Positions 7,214 through 17,698 of a stretch of DNA of 64,000 nt are shown here, in pieces. Where the stretch lies: positions 1-64,000 of IMG/VR virus record IMGVR_UViG_3300013383_000017; one strand, 5' to 3'. The notes beneath the pieces were generated by a model. That model did not search any database and had not been told where the DNA came from. It was given only the letters and a program-made list of their open reading frames with translations. The translations under genes and the position numbers were made by a program. Source of the DNA: a virus (lineage: Duplodnaviria > Caudoviricetes). Position 1 is the stretch's first letter. Every line of letters begins with the position of its first letter.

Positions 7214-9082
7214 TTAATTGATTAAATCTGCTTCGCAGTATTGTTTAATTTCTCCATTGCTGTTCTTTGCTATTATCCACTCATAGTCAGCACCAAGCGC
7301 AATACTACTACAATCTATCGTGAGTTTCTTCGAGATGTCTGTACCCTTTATACCCGACTTGATTGTTAGGTTCTGCAAAGGTGCACTCGATGATGGTTTC
7401 GTTGCTTGCTCATTAAACAAAAGTTGTACATATCGCACTCCATTGTCCACATGTATATATTGGATGTTATCGAATTGAGCATCCACGATTGTTCCGTTTC
7501 CAAAGGAATTGGAGAAGCAGTTGTTTCCAAAGGAATTGGAGCCGCAGGAGTTTCCAAAGGAATTGGAGAAGCATTCGTTTCCAAAGGAATTGGAGCCGCA
7601 GGAGTTTCCAAAGGAATTGTAGAAGCAGTTGTTTCCAAAGGAATTGGAGCCGCAGGAGTTTCCAAAGGAATTAGAGAAGCAGGAGTTTCCAAAGGAATTG
7701 GAGCTGCAGAAGTTTCCAAAGGAATTAGAGAAGCAGGAGTTTCCAAAGGAATTGGAGAAGCAGTTGTTTCCAAAGGAATTTTTGTAGCAGTTGTTTCCAA
7801 AGGAATTTTTGTAGCAGTCGTTTCCAAAGGAATTGGAGGAGCAGCCTTTTCCAAAGGAATTGTAGTCGCAGTCGTTTCCAAAGGAATTGGAGCTGCAGAA
7901 GTTTCCAAAGGAATTAGAGAAGCAGTCGTTTCCAAAGGAATTGGAGAAGCAGTTGTTTCCAAAGGAATTTTTGTAGCAGTTGTTTCCAAAGGAATTGTAG
8001 AAGCAGTCGTTTCCAAAGGAATTGGAGGAGCAGCCTTTTCCAAAGGAATTGGAGTCGCAGTCGTTTCCAAAGGAATTGGAGCGGCAGTCGTTTCCAAAGG
8101 AATTTTTGTAGCAGGAGTTTCCAAAGGAATTGTTGTAGCATTCGTTTCCAAAGGAATTGTTGTAGCAGGAGTTTCCAAAGGAATTGGAGAAGCATTTTCT
8201 TCCGAAACCCATATCATGGCTGTTTATGCCTATTTTGTTACCATATACTTGGTAATTTGATGCTAAGTAATCTTCCGAAAAAAATGGAATAAAAAATATA
8301 AAATTCAAGGATAACCTACTTATTATATCTTCATCATCTTTTATGAAAGTTTCAAAATTTTCCTTTATGATATTATTGTTAGGAATAGTGGTATATATAT
8401 CATCATCTCCTTTCAATCCTATAACTGATGCATCGTAAGATGTTTCTTGTCCATCTACTAACGAAAAAGTATATGCATAAATGAATGAAGTTGTCTTTTT
8501 CATATTATTCATGTTTGCCGATAGGTGATAAGGCACATCCATCTCATTATCGTAGTAATCTTGCATTTTTTCCCATAAGGGGTCAGTTTCATCTACTGCA
8601 TATATTTTATATTGTATGTTCTTGAAGTCGTAGAAACACTCGTTGTCCCATTCATCTTTCATCCACCAAACAACACCCTTTCCGTTGGTTGTATCTGCCC
8701 AAGCAAAGCGGTTTGTGTCGTTGTCCAAGCAGTATTTCAATTCCCAAGCACTCAACTTGCATCCACTGAAATAGGTGTCCCCTTTGTGTTGTATCGCTTT
8801 GGCATTCTCGTTGAGTACATTCACATCGTCTGCCTTGACAATCACATCAAAGGCGTGCCCTGCACTCCGTGTGTCTGTCTGTACACTTGTAGTCACAAAG
8901 TCAGTTATTCGATACCTCCTGCCTGCAACAAGTTTGCTCCCATCCCTCAACGCTTTGAGGTCGGCATAGGTGATGCTTACCATTGGATTGAGAGCATTCT
9001 GCACTGCCGCTATTTGCTCCTTAACCCAAGTCTTTATTTTCTTTGAAAAGGTCGTTAAACCCGAATTATTTAGATATCCCAT
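7214..9082 (-). CDS. Tail fibre / receptor-binding protein with 9-aa beta-helix repeats
   Basis: 26 NxCxxNSFG repeats; N-terminal ITYADL..L..GRRYRITDF domain typical of Bacteroidota phage fibres. Confidence 0.75.
   Translation of the reverse strand: MGYLNNSGLTTFSKKIKTWVKEQIAAVQNALNPMVSITYADLKALRDGSKLVAGRRYRITDFVTTSVQTDTRSAGHAFDVIVKADDVNVLNENAKAIQHKGDTYFSGCKLSAWELKYCLDNDTNRFAWADTTNGKGVVWWMKDEWDNECFYDFKNIQYKIYAVDETDPLWEKMQDYYDNEMDVPYHLSANMNNMKKTTSFIYAYTFSLVDGQETSYDASVIGLKGDDDIYTTIPNNNIIKENFETFIKDDEDIISRLSLNFIFFIPFFSEDYLASNYQVYGNKIGINSHDMGFGRKCFSNSFGNSCYNNSFGNECYNNSFGNSCYKNSFGNDCRSNSFGNDCDSNSFGKGCSSNSFGNDCFYNSFGNNCYKNSFGNNCFSNSFGNDCFSNSFGNFCSSNSFGNDCDYNSFGKGCSSNSFGNDCYKNSFGNNCYKNSFGNNCFSNSFGNSCFSNSFGNFCSSNSFGNSCFSNSFGNSCGSNSFGNNCFYNSFGNSCGSNSFGNECFSNSFGNSCGSNSFGNNCFSNSFGNGTIVDAQFDNIQYIHVDNGVRYVQLLFNEQATKPSSSAPLQNLTIKSGIKGTDISKKLTIDCSSIALGADYEWIIAKNSNGEIKQYCEADLIN
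7497..8198. repeat. 26 x 27-bp coding tandem repeat
   Basis: Invariant core TTTCCAAAGGAATT every 27 bp from 7497 to 8172. Confidence 0.95.
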
Positions 9083-9085
9083 TTT

Positions 9086-9523
9086 TTATTCCTCCTTTTT
9101 GTCTTTATTATATTCCTCATAGGCATCTTCCCTTTGCTTGTCAGTGAGGTAGAACCCATTGTTTGCTATGTAAGAATTGTAGATAACTTCTTGATACTTG
9201 TGTCTTGCATCGAGTTTAGGCAAGTATGCATCCGCAAAGGCTTTTAAGTCCTCAATAGTTAGCCCTATTTCGTTTGCAAAGTCAGTGACCAAGAATTTGC
9301 CGAATTCCAATCCGCTTGCTTGCTCTCTCTGTGCAAATGCTAATAGTTCCTCCTTGGTTTTGACTGCCCAAAGGAACTCACATCTGCCACTCATAGAGGA
9401 TTGCTTGTAGTGCTTGAAATCCGTGTTCTCGTCAGTCCATACGAGTGTGTCAGTGTCTTTGGATTGAAAACCCTCAATAGGGCTGAAAAAGGCTCTACTG
9501 CCTACTATAAATCTCTTTTCCAT
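9086..9523 (-). CDS. Hypothetical protein, possible minimal nucleotidyltransferase fold
   Basis: IVGSRAF...SKDTD resembles the hGS...DxD motif. Confidence 0.5.
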   Translation of the reverse strand: MEKRFIVGSRAFFSPIEGFQSKDTDTLVWTDENTDFKHYKQSSMSGRCEFLWAVKTKEELLAFAQREQASGLEFGKFLVTDFANEIGLTIEDLKAFADAYLPKLDARHKYQEVIYNSYIANNGFYLTDKQREDAYEEYNKDKKEE

Positions 9524-9524
9524 A

Positions 9525-10310
9525 TTATGCTTCCTCCCATATTTTAGTTATCTCTGCATCGGTGATTGTTGCAGAGGTGTCGAGTTTTTGATCTATAGAT
9601 AAAAACAAATCGCAAATGTCCTTACCAGCCCATTCGCCCCAATAGGAGGGGTTTTTTGCTCTTGTCTTTATTGATGGAAAAAAATATGTAAATGATAATC
9701 CAATACAAGTTTGAACAACAGAAGTAGCTGCAACATAATCTGATACCAATAATAAAGAAGGTGAGTTTATAAACCATGATGAACTCGAAATGCCATCAGA
9801 CATAGGATAATTTGTATATGAATGCCCCGCCATCAATATATATATGCCTTTTTCTGTGATAGTATTAAGGTCAGTATTCTCATTTATTGCCTTTACATTT
9901 GTCCCGACCATTCCAAGTATAGTTTGAATAGATTGGGATAGTTTCGTTTCCGTGACGGCATTGTCGGCAAGTCCACCGCCATACACCTCGTTTATCGCTC
10001 CGACAATCGTCTTTGCAGTGGTCTGCAAGGTCTTGTCTGTGATGTACTGCTTGTTCGCTACATCGTTGAGGATGGCTTGTACCTCAACGGATAACTTGTC
10101 TTCGGTTATCTCACCCTCAAAATTCGCAAGTGCTTCTATGTTCGCCCTCGCTTGTGCTTTCTGTTCCTCTGTGTACTCTTGTGGGTTAATCTCACCCAAA
10201 GCATCCACCATCGCCAAGAGGACAGCCTGCAAGATTGGACCCGTAATCTCTCCGCGTCCGTTCTCCTTAACCTTTTTGGCTATAAGGTCTTTTAGTTGCT
10301 CGTAATTCAT
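9525..10310 (-). CDS. Tail fibre protein with knob-like domain
   Basis: ITGPILQ..L N-terminus, LQTTAKTIVGAINE, and DLNTITEKGIY knob-like segment. Confidence 0.65.
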   Translation of the reverse strand: MNYEQLKDLIAKKVKENGRGEITGPILQAVLLAMVDALGEINPQEYTEEQKAQARANIEALANFEGEITEDKLSVEVQAILNDVANKQYITDKTLQTTAKTIVGAINEVYGGGLADNAVTETKLSQSIQTILGMVGTNVKAINENTDLNTITEKGIYILMAGHSYTNYPMSDGISSSSWFINSPSLLLVSDYVAATSVVQTCIGLSFTYFFPSIKTRAKNPSYWGEWAGKDICDLFLSIDQKLDTSATITDAEITKIWEEA

Positions 10311-10323
10311 AATGCATTATTTT

Positions 10324-11502
10324 TTAATTGTTTATAATTTTTGAAACGGCTACCCCCTTGCCTATTTTCTTTACTACTGAATTGGTTGTGAACTCACATG
10401 CTACCTCTGCCAAGTATCCCTGCTCCTGCCAAGTAGGTGTAATCAAAAACGATGTAGCATCGTATGTCCATTCGTTTGTCACTATCTGTATATGGTCGCT
10501 CAATCGAATGAAACGCATTACATCGCATACCTCTTCGGGTGCAAGGATGTTGAACCTATACCGCTTGTAAGATACTTGACTGATTGGAAACTGATACCCA
10601 CTGCGCTCTGCTACTTCTTCCTCGAACTCATAATCGGGCATACCTATCTCCGCATCAAAGTACATTATATTTTTATATCCATTGGAATAGACGACTGCTC
10701 CTGCATCGAACTCCAAGTCCTCGTCATCCCACCATCTTATCTCCATACACGCACTGCACCACCCAAAATAAGCCGAATACCACTCGTTGTCATCTTCGTC
10801 TACTACCTTTACATACATCTTTGTAGGATGCTTATCTGTTGTGAGTACTACATTTCCGTTATAACAGATGTAATCATAGTCACCTTTGTTAACGATATTG
10901 AATTTCGATATGTCAAGTGTGGTTATCTGCTCATCTGTATCCGCATCAAAGATGCTAACGCTCTCCAATGGCACTGGTGCTTCTACGGCTTTGAAATAAG
11001 TTGCGTTCTCTCCTCCCGTATATTGTAATATATAGATAGTATCCGCGTTCTGCGGTATGGTTATGTATCCGCTCCAAGTCTTTGCTCCAAGAGGTACGGG
11101 ATTGAGTGTTTTAATTACTTCTCCGCTTGTGTTGAGAAAGGCTATGGAAGTACCTTGTATTTGCTCACTCAAACCCGAATAGAATGGCGGTGTAGGTAGG
11201 TTCTCGATATAGATGTACTTCGTGTCCAATCCGTGCATTTCGATACTACCCACGCCCGATTTAGAGGATGCATTCTCTATAAGATTGCCATCTTTGTCCA
11301 AATAGGCATTGTCTATGTAGTCTGCGGTTATCTCCGTCGAGGTCTTTTGTATAGAGGTTGTAGCCTCCCTTTGGATTTGAAAAGGCAATATGCGCTTATT
11401 CGGGGTTAAATAAACATAATCCCGACCAAAAGCATACCATTTTTTCTGCTCTATTTTATCGTCGTAAAAAGGAAGAGGAGAAAAGTTATTTTTGTTACTC
11501 AT
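10324..11502 (-). CDS. Tail / baseplate protein
   Basis: 392 aa, NNFSPLPFY start, tail-module position. Confidence 0.65.
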   Translation of the reverse strand: MSNKNNFSPLPFYDDKIEQKKWYAFGRDYVYLTPNKRILPFQIQREATTSIQKTSTEITADYIDNAYLDKDGNLIENASSKSGVGSIEMHGLDTKYIYIENLPTPPFYSGLSEQIQGTSIAFLNTSGEVIKTLNPVPLGAKTWSGYITIPQNADTIYILQYTGGENATYFKAVEAPVPLESVSIFDADTDEQITTLDISKFNIVNKGDYDYICYNGNVVLTTDKHPTKMYVKVVDEDDNEWYSAYFGWCSACMEIRWWDDEDLEFDAGAVVYSNGYKNIMYFDAEIGMPDYEFEEEVAERSGYQFPISQVSYKRYRFNILAPEEVCDVMRFIRLSDHIQIVTNEWTYDATSFLITPTWQEQGYLAEVACEFTTNSVVKKIGKGVAVSKIINN

Positions 11503-11563
11503 AATTATATTGGTTTAATTGACAAAGAGTAACCCTTTCTCCTTATCGCAAAGGTAGTAATTT

Positions 11564-13729
11564 TTATTTAGGTGTGAAAATTAAATCAATTTCTAACATT
11601 TGAGTATCTAAATTCATTTCCACTTTATCTATCTGCCCATCTCCGATACCTGTATGAATTAACTTATACAAGTCAAAATCAAAGTAAGGGCAAGAGATGC
11701 TCTGCTTCATAGATTTTTTCACTCCGTTGCTCTTCTTTTCCTTGTCGTTCACTTCGATGTTCCACGCCGGCATATCATAGAGGTAGTAGGTTTGTAGGGC
11801 GTAAAAGGACAAAAACCCGTTTTGTAGGACAATATCGTCCGCGATGGTATAGTAAGCCACTTTCCACTTTCCCTCGCTTTCTACGGCACTTAAAAGGGCA
11901 AATCCGTCACTTTGCGCCGCACTCGGATTGAATAGCATATAATCAATATCCGAATTGAAGTCATCTATGGTGATGCTCTCCACATCTCCGCTTTTCACAT
12001 ACTTGCTCTTTATCTCTATCGGGTTGCCCTCAAAGTATGAAGTCGTATCGTCTACCCACTTGAATTCGTATCTTTCGGGTAGTTCGTCCTTGTCATAAGA
12101 TGCAGTGTTCACTCCGAAACTCCAAGCCTTTCCCGTTCTCGGATTGACAAGTTTTGTCAAATCAAGCCCAATTTGAGGGTTTGAAAAATATGCTCCGCCG
12201 TTCATAAAGTAAGATATATGCTCTATCCTCAATCGGTAGTTGTTGCCACTCACCTGCTCTAACCACCAATAGCATCTAAATGCATCTCGGAGCATATCGA
12301 GTATCTTCCTTAATGTAATCTTCGCTTTTTGCGCAGGCTGGCTATACTCTCCTGCCAAGATATTACTCTTTGGTGTCAAGAATAGACTGAACGCCTGCTG
12401 ACTTATTGGATTGTAAGTGTCGTACAAGAATTGGCTATACGCCTTTGTCCCTTTGAAGTCTACCGAATATCCGCTATCCTTTGTAATCTTACTCAATAAA
12501 GTATCTATCACCGACCACAACGGATATGCATCCTTAAATGTGTATTCTTTGCGAATTAATGGTTCGATAGTGCTTGTGTACATATCAAAACTGAACCAAT
12601 ATGAAAGCCTTGTCCAATAGGTCTGCGCAATAGGGTAGTAATCGGGCACACCAGTACTCCCTCCATGTGGCGGTTTAGTGTAATACAAATCGTCTTTATA
12701 GTACCACTCAGTAGGTTCGGAACTAAACTCGTTCCAAATGGTTATCACGTCAAAAGCATACGGAAATACCCTATGGAAATTCCTATTGTTGCTTACCATA
12801 TCTTCGGAAGACAAAGAAGATGAATTGTAAGTCGTACTCCCTATCTTGAAACTCTCTACATCACAAATAAGTCGCCCATAAAAAGCCATATCGTGGATGT
12901 AAAGAATTACATTACCCGTTGCACCAGTACCGCTGACGGGAAGTAAAGTTATATCTGCATCAAGTGGGATATCCCTATTCTGAAATATCGCCCTCCATAA
13001 TACTACCTTATCCGCTTTCCTTACTACCTCTATATACGAACCATAGGACGCTAGTCCTCCCTCTCTGCGCACTTGTATAGTATATGTGCTATCGGAGATG
13101 CTCCATTCAGTTTCACTGCTCGGCTTATCTCCCCATATAGCATTGGGTAACTTTGGGGTCATATCCCCCGAAATCTCCACAATTCGGGCGTTCAATATCT
13201 TTGCAAAGTGGTACTTGTCCGTCAAGTCGCTATCGCTTTCTATCGTTTCACAATCCTGCTCCCAAGTCATCCCTTGAAAGAAACACGATACTTTATCCTC
13301 GCCCATAGCATAGATTTGTATCATACTGCGCTTGTCGAGCGATACGGCCTGCTTGCGTGGTAGTATCTTAATCAAGTCATATTCCTTTTCAACCCCATCA
13401 AGCACCGCACTATATGCATCCTTTGTTTCAAGATTGAGGGTGAAAAGCCTATCGTCTATATTGAACTCGCAATCCGTCTTGTAAAAAGTACCTGTCCAAT
13501 ATAACCCGTAATCCGAATAGATTATAAGATTGAACTTTGTTTCTATATCTGCGTTATACACAAAGTCGAAGTCTTCCCCTACAAAAGTAAACTCCCCCGA
13601 AAGACTTTGACGGAAATACTGCTCATTCGCATCGTGCGACCATTTCATTGTGCAATTATTCCCGAATATAGGATGCGCCGTTATTCGTATTTTTGGAGTT
13701 TGTAAATAAAATCCGTATTTTGGTTTCAT
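11564..13729 (-). CDS. Tail tip / baseplate hub protein
   Basis: 721 aa, immediately downstream of the tape measure gene. Confidence 0.65.
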   Translation of the reverse strand: MKPKYGFYLQTPKIRITAHPIFGNNCTMKWSHDANEQYFRQSLSGEFTFVGEDFDFVYNADIETKFNLIIYSDYGLYWTGTFYKTDCEFNIDDRLFTLNLETKDAYSAVLDGVEKEYDLIKILPRKQAVSLDKRSMIQIYAMGEDKVSCFFQGMTWEQDCETIESDSDLTDKYHFAKILNARIVEISGDMTPKLPNAIWGDKPSSETEWSISDSTYTIQVRREGGLASYGSYIEVVRKADKVVLWRAIFQNRDIPLDADITLLPVSGTGATGNVILYIHDMAFYGRLICDVESFKIGSTTYNSSSLSSEDMVSNNRNFHRVFPYAFDVITIWNEFSSEPTEWYYKDDLYYTKPPHGGSTGVPDYYPIAQTYWTRLSYWFSFDMYTSTIEPLIRKEYTFKDAYPLWSVIDTLLSKITKDSGYSVDFKGTKAYSQFLYDTYNPISQQAFSLFLTPKSNILAGEYSQPAQKAKITLRKILDMLRDAFRCYWWLEQVSGNNYRLRIEHISYFMNGGAYFSNPQIGLDLTKLVNPRTGKAWSFGVNTASYDKDELPERYEFKWVDDTTSYFEGNPIEIKSKYVKSGDVESITIDDFNSDIDYMLFNPSAAQSDGFALLSAVESEGKWKVAYYTIADDIVLQNGFLSFYALQTYYLYDMPAWNIEVNDKEKKSNGVKKSMKQSISCPYFDFDLYKLIHTGIGDGQIDKVEMNLDTQMLEIDLIFTPK

Positions 13730-13732
13730 AGC

Positions 13733-16699
13733 CTAACTTATTATTTTCTTTGTGTTCTTGTAATATATTATCGTCTTTCCGCCCGATGTAAGCACTTTCT
13801 GCCCACCCTGCTCTACTAACTCGCTTACACCCTTTTCGAGTTTACGCAAGTCTGCTCCTTGTGGCACAATATCGCTACCCACAAAAGCATTGCCGTACAA
13901 ATTCTCGAAAGTGCCGTGATTTAACGAAGAAATGATGTCGGATACCTTACTAACGCCGTACTTGCGTACATTGCGCTTGTTGATTACTCCAATCATCTCT
14001 CCTCTTTCAACCCTGCGTCTTGTCCCATCGGGTTTTACTCCGAAATCTATGTCGTGCCCACTTGCGTGCGAACCACCATAATCCAAGTACTCACTCATAC
14101 CCTCTCCGTAACTCTCGCTTTGCATCTTTGTGAGTTGTACCGCCTTTATCTTTGCTGCTGCAAATGAACCCCACATAGCCGCCGTTGCCGCTACTGCTAA
14201 TGGAATACCCAATACTCCTTTCGTGCCCTCTGCTTTCCATATACTCGCCGTTGCGGTTACAAGACTGCTTATCTGTTGTGCAGTGTCTGCGGCTTCCTGC
14301 ACCTTTTGTAACTCTAATACATCTTGTGCGGCTTTCTTTGCAATCTTATGCTTCTCCTCGTACTCCTTTCGTGCATATTCCACATTGTTAGCGTATCCGT
14401 TTGCCCTTGCTTCGAGTTCATAGTCAAGTGCACTCTTTGCTGCATCCTGCTCGGCTTGTGCCGCTTCTTCCGCTATTTCTGCCATCTTTATTCGCGTTTC
14501 AATCCATTCGTTCATATACTTGAACGACTGATTAAAGTACCTCTCCATAGTGCGCCACTTTCGGTCTGCCGTTTTATCTTCTTCGTCCGTTGGGTCGGTC
14601 GCATTGGTAGACTTACTCCTCAACGCATTCAACCTCTCCATTATCTTGTTGTACTCGTCAATCGTCAGCGTACCGCTTTCAGTAAGCAATCGGAGGTAAT
14701 CCTCCCAATACTGAATGTCGGATGCAAGTAACTTGTTGTTAGTTTCCTGCTTAATGGTTTCAATATCCTCACCTGCCTTTCTGCGCTCTTCCATCTCGGC
14801 ATAGATAGCACTATTCCTAACGGCTTTCTCCTGCTCTACCTGCTTCTTAATTAAAGACACATCCTCCTCTGCAATATATTCATCTTCAACCGCTACGGGT
14901 TCGGTTTTAAGTAACTCTTCGCGCTCGGCCTTGTATTTAGATGTAGTATTGCCCATTATTGCTTCTATATAGGCTAACTGCGTTTCTATTTGCTTCTTAT
15001 CTTTCGCATCGGCGGTCTTCTGCTTCTCCAAGAGTTCGGCGCGAATGTCCTCGTATTGCTTCATCTCCTTTTTGTAGGATAGTTGCAACTGCGCAAGTTG
15101 TTTGGTTAGCCCGTCTTCCATAGCATCGATAACGGACTGCCACATATCGAAGTAATAGTCCTTTATTTCATCCTTTCCGTTTCCACTGCCACTGCCACTG
15201 CCATTGCCTAATAAGCCTGTGATATCAATCAATTTAAGTAATTCGTCCCGCTGTGTGATAAGAGTTTCTATATCCGATATATTTTTTTGGATAGCTTTAA
15301 ATGTCGTAACATCTTCGCGTCCTTTGCGTGTTGGTTTACTTGTTGATATAGCATATTTAATTTTTTCTGGTTGGTCTTTTAGATTTTCATAAATTTCACC
15401 CCATGTGCTACCATAAAAATACCAACCAAAATAATTTGGGCTTGTCTTAAAAATTTGTCTATTCTGCTCTTCTTTCTCAACAATCTTTGCTTCCGTTTCC
15501 TCTATCTTTTTAAGATATGCCTTTGCTCGTGCTCGTTTGACGATACTATCGGTAAGGAGGTCATAATTTGCCTTCGCATCTCCAAGTAGTATTTTTTCTT
15601 TTTCGATATTCGCAAAATATGATGGATATAGACTTTGCAACGCTATTGCTGCGTTCAATCTATCGTTATATACGCGATTTATATCCGTTGCGATTTCATA
15701 CAATGCCCTTAATTTCGCTGTTTCTTGTGCGGCGGCTTGTGCGGCACTAACATCAGCCTTTGCCAACTCTTCCTCCAAGTCGATAGTTTTTGTCAGTATC
15801 TCGTTGTACTTCTCCTGCTCTTTGCTCTTTTTGGAAAGATGGCGGAGCACAAAAGGTAGAACCGTCAAAAGCAGCACTAAACCCGATTGCCAAGAAAAGA
15901 TAGACTTGGTAAGCAACTTTGTTACAGAAAGGTTCTTATTCTTTGCCATTTCTGCTTTGAGTGCGGCGGCTTTCTCTGCTTCTCCTGCGGCTTCTGCGGC
16001 TGCAATTTGCTTCAATGTTTCAACTCTTAAAGACTTCACATTTCCGATGTAATCCATAAGAATAGGGATGTTGTTCGATATGGCTATCGCAAAGGTCGCT
16101 GGGCTATTGGCAAGTGCTGGCAACTCTCGGATTACCTGCGTTGTAGCGATATTCAATCCCGAAATGGCTTTTGAATAGTTACCTACCTGCAACTGATACT
16201 TACCCGTTGCTTGTTGCATCATATTCATCCTCTCATACATCTCTTTGAGTTGCTCGACCATTTTCTTTCCTGCATCGGTGTTTTCCCTTTCGGCTTGCGT
16301 CATATTGTTCACAAGTGTTTTGAGGGTGTTGTATTGGGCTTGCAAGCGGTCATACGACCCCTCTCTTGTGCGCTCTAACTCGGTAGAGAGTTGTAGTACC
16401 CTATTGCGCTCTCTATTGCTCTTGTTGAGGGCTTGTATTGCTTCGTCATAGAGGTCCACATCTACTTCAAGGCTTTTGTAAATCTCGCGAAGTTTGTCTA
16501 ATTGGTCTATTTGTGGTTTTACATTTGTTCCACTGCCTGCGGTCTTGATTTGCCCTCCAAGACTGGCAATCTCTTTCTTCATCTCCTCGATAGATGCCTG
16601 CGTCTGCGCTTGCAACTGCTTGATTTGGTTTATCCACGCATCAAAACCCTCTCGTACATCGGGGCTGACTATGTCACTATATTTTATTGGGTTTTCCAT
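13733..16699 (-). CDS. Tape measure protein
   Basis: 988 aa, coiled-coil and Ala-rich, QLQVGNY motif, hydrophobic segments. Confidence 0.85.
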   Translation of the reverse strand: MENPIKYSDIVSPDVREGFDAWINQIKQLQAQTQASIEEMKKEIASLGGQIKTAGSGTNVKPQIDQLDKLREIYKSLEVDVDLYDEAIQALNKSNRERNRVLQLSTELERTREGSYDRLQAQYNTLKTLVNNMTQAERENTDAGKKMVEQLKEMYERMNMMQQATGKYQLQVGNYSKAISGLNIATTQVIRELPALANSPATFAIAISNNIPILMDYIGNVKSLRVETLKQIAAAEAAGEAEKAAALKAEMAKNKNLSVTKLLTKSIFSWQSGLVLLLTVLPFVLRHLSKKSKEQEKYNEILTKTIDLEEELAKADVSAAQAAAQETAKLRALYEIATDINRVYNDRLNAAIALQSLYPSYFANIEKEKILLGDAKANYDLLTDSIVKRARAKAYLKKIEETEAKIVEKEEQNRQIFKTSPNYFGWYFYGSTWGEIYENLKDQPEKIKYAISTSKPTRKGREDVTTFKAIQKNISDIETLITQRDELLKLIDITGLLGNGSGSGSGNGKDEIKDYYFDMWQSVIDAMEDGLTKQLAQLQLSYKKEMKQYEDIRAELLEKQKTADAKDKKQIETQLAYIEAIMGNTTSKYKAEREELLKTEPVAVEDEYIAEEDVSLIKKQVEQEKAVRNSAIYAEMEERRKAGEDIETIKQETNNKLLASDIQYWEDYLRLLTESGTLTIDEYNKIMERLNALRSKSTNATDPTDEEDKTADRKWRTMERYFNQSFKYMNEWIETRIKMAEIAEEAAQAEQDAAKSALDYELEARANGYANNVEYARKEYEEKHKIAKKAAQDVLELQKVQEAADTAQQISSLVTATASIWKAEGTKGVLGIPLAVAATAAMWGSFAAAKIKAVQLTKMQSESYGEGMSEYLDYGGSHASGHDIDFGVKPDGTRRRVERGEMIGVINKRNVRKYGVSKVSDIISSLNHGTFENLYGNAFVGSDIVPQGADLRKLEKGVSELVEQGGQKVLTSGGKTIIYYKNTKKIIS

Positions 16700-16700
16700 A

Positions 16701-17456
16701 TTATTTCCTCCTTATTCGGTCTAATTCCTTATTTATTGCTTCTAATCGCTCGTAAGCGGAGTAATACTCCATTATTGTGTAGTCTTTGGCTTTACCACCA
16801 AACTCCTTACTGATTGCCAAGCACATCTGCTCAAACTGCTTGTCGAACTGCAATTCGGCACTCTCACTCCCCTCGAATATCATTGGCTTGTATCCTATCG
16901 TCAAGAGTTCGGATAACTTCTTTATCTCGTCCTCGTGCGAACAATCGTTCACTATCTCGTCCACCTGCAACAAAGCGCGTTTGCGTGCATAGTCTAAAAG
17001 GTTCTTATTTTCGCCCTCAAACACTTTGGGGAAGTAATCCCTCAACTCGTCGTCTAATTGCTCTCTAATAGCCCTTTCTGCGTCTGCAAGGGCTATCTCT
17101 TTCTCCCCTATTACGAGTTCATACAACTTCTTCACTCCACTATCGCTGAAATCCTCCCATTTCTTCCCATCTACCGAATGGACGAAGTACATAAAGGCAA
17201 CATGGCGAATATCCTGCTCTTGAAGTATCGTTACAAGGTTGTGACGCATATTCATCAATTCTTGCTTTGCTTTGTTTACATCGAAATCAATTAACTTCAT
17301 AATCATCCCTATGTGCTCATCTACATCCGCTATGCTATCCCCAATCCCACTCGCTACAAGCATATACTTGCTATACTTGTGAAATCGACTTATAGACATA
17401 TCCTCTATGCTATCATAGAAGACGAACTTGTGTTTATTTATCTTTATCTCTCTCAT
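16701..17456 (-). CDS. Tail assembly chaperone-like protein (probable start MREIK at 17456)
   Basis: Directly upstream of the TMP gene; start overlaps the previous stop. Confidence 0.55.
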   Translation of the reverse strand: MREIKINKHKFVFYDSIEDMSISRFHKYSKYMLVASGIGDSIADVDEHIGMIMKLIDFDVNKAKQELMNMRHNLVTILQEQDIRHVAFMYFVHSVDGKKWEDFSDSGVKKLYELVIGEKEIALADAERAIREQLDDELRDYFPKVFEGENKNLLDYARKRALLQVDEIVNDCSHEDEIKKLSELLTIGYKPMIFEGSESAELQFDKQFEQMCLAISKEFGGKAKDYTIMEYYSAYERLEAINKELDRIRRK

Positions 17457-17698
17457 AGTACGGAACTGAATATCGGTATGAATAAAAAGTAAAGTGGAGC
17501 ACCGAACAATACCAACACTCCACACACACCCAAAGCAAGCCAAAAGCCACGGCAAAACGCACAACTGAACAACTTATAGAAGAAGTCATTTGGAGCGTGT
17601 GCCTGCAAAAACGAGAAAATACCCCATTTTTCACCTAATGCTTGTAGAAATTTTACAAAAAGTGCCACTAAAAGCACAAAACACACGAATGTAATCAT
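17453..17698 (-). CDS. Small membrane protein (CxxC..FW, DUF1360-like)
   Basis: Hydrophobic; LFSCAFCRGFW motif. Confidence 0.55.
   Translation of the reverse strand: MITFVCFVLLVALFVKFLQALGEKWGIFSFLQAHAPNDFFYKLFSCAFCRGFWLALGVCGVLVLFGAPLYFLFIPIFSSVL

Noticed and set aside
7497-8198. CRISPR-like array or DGR variable region
   Set aside because: The repeat is in-frame coding with a 27-bp period and non-unique 13-bp variable parts. There is no cas gene, reverse transcriptase or template repeat in the window. Adenines in the core (including the synonymous A of GGA) never vary, unlike DGR mutagenesis.
7366-8260. Long alternative-frame ORFs (IPLET and VSKGI repeats)
   Set aside because: These are by-products of a stop-free tandem repeat and are confined to it.
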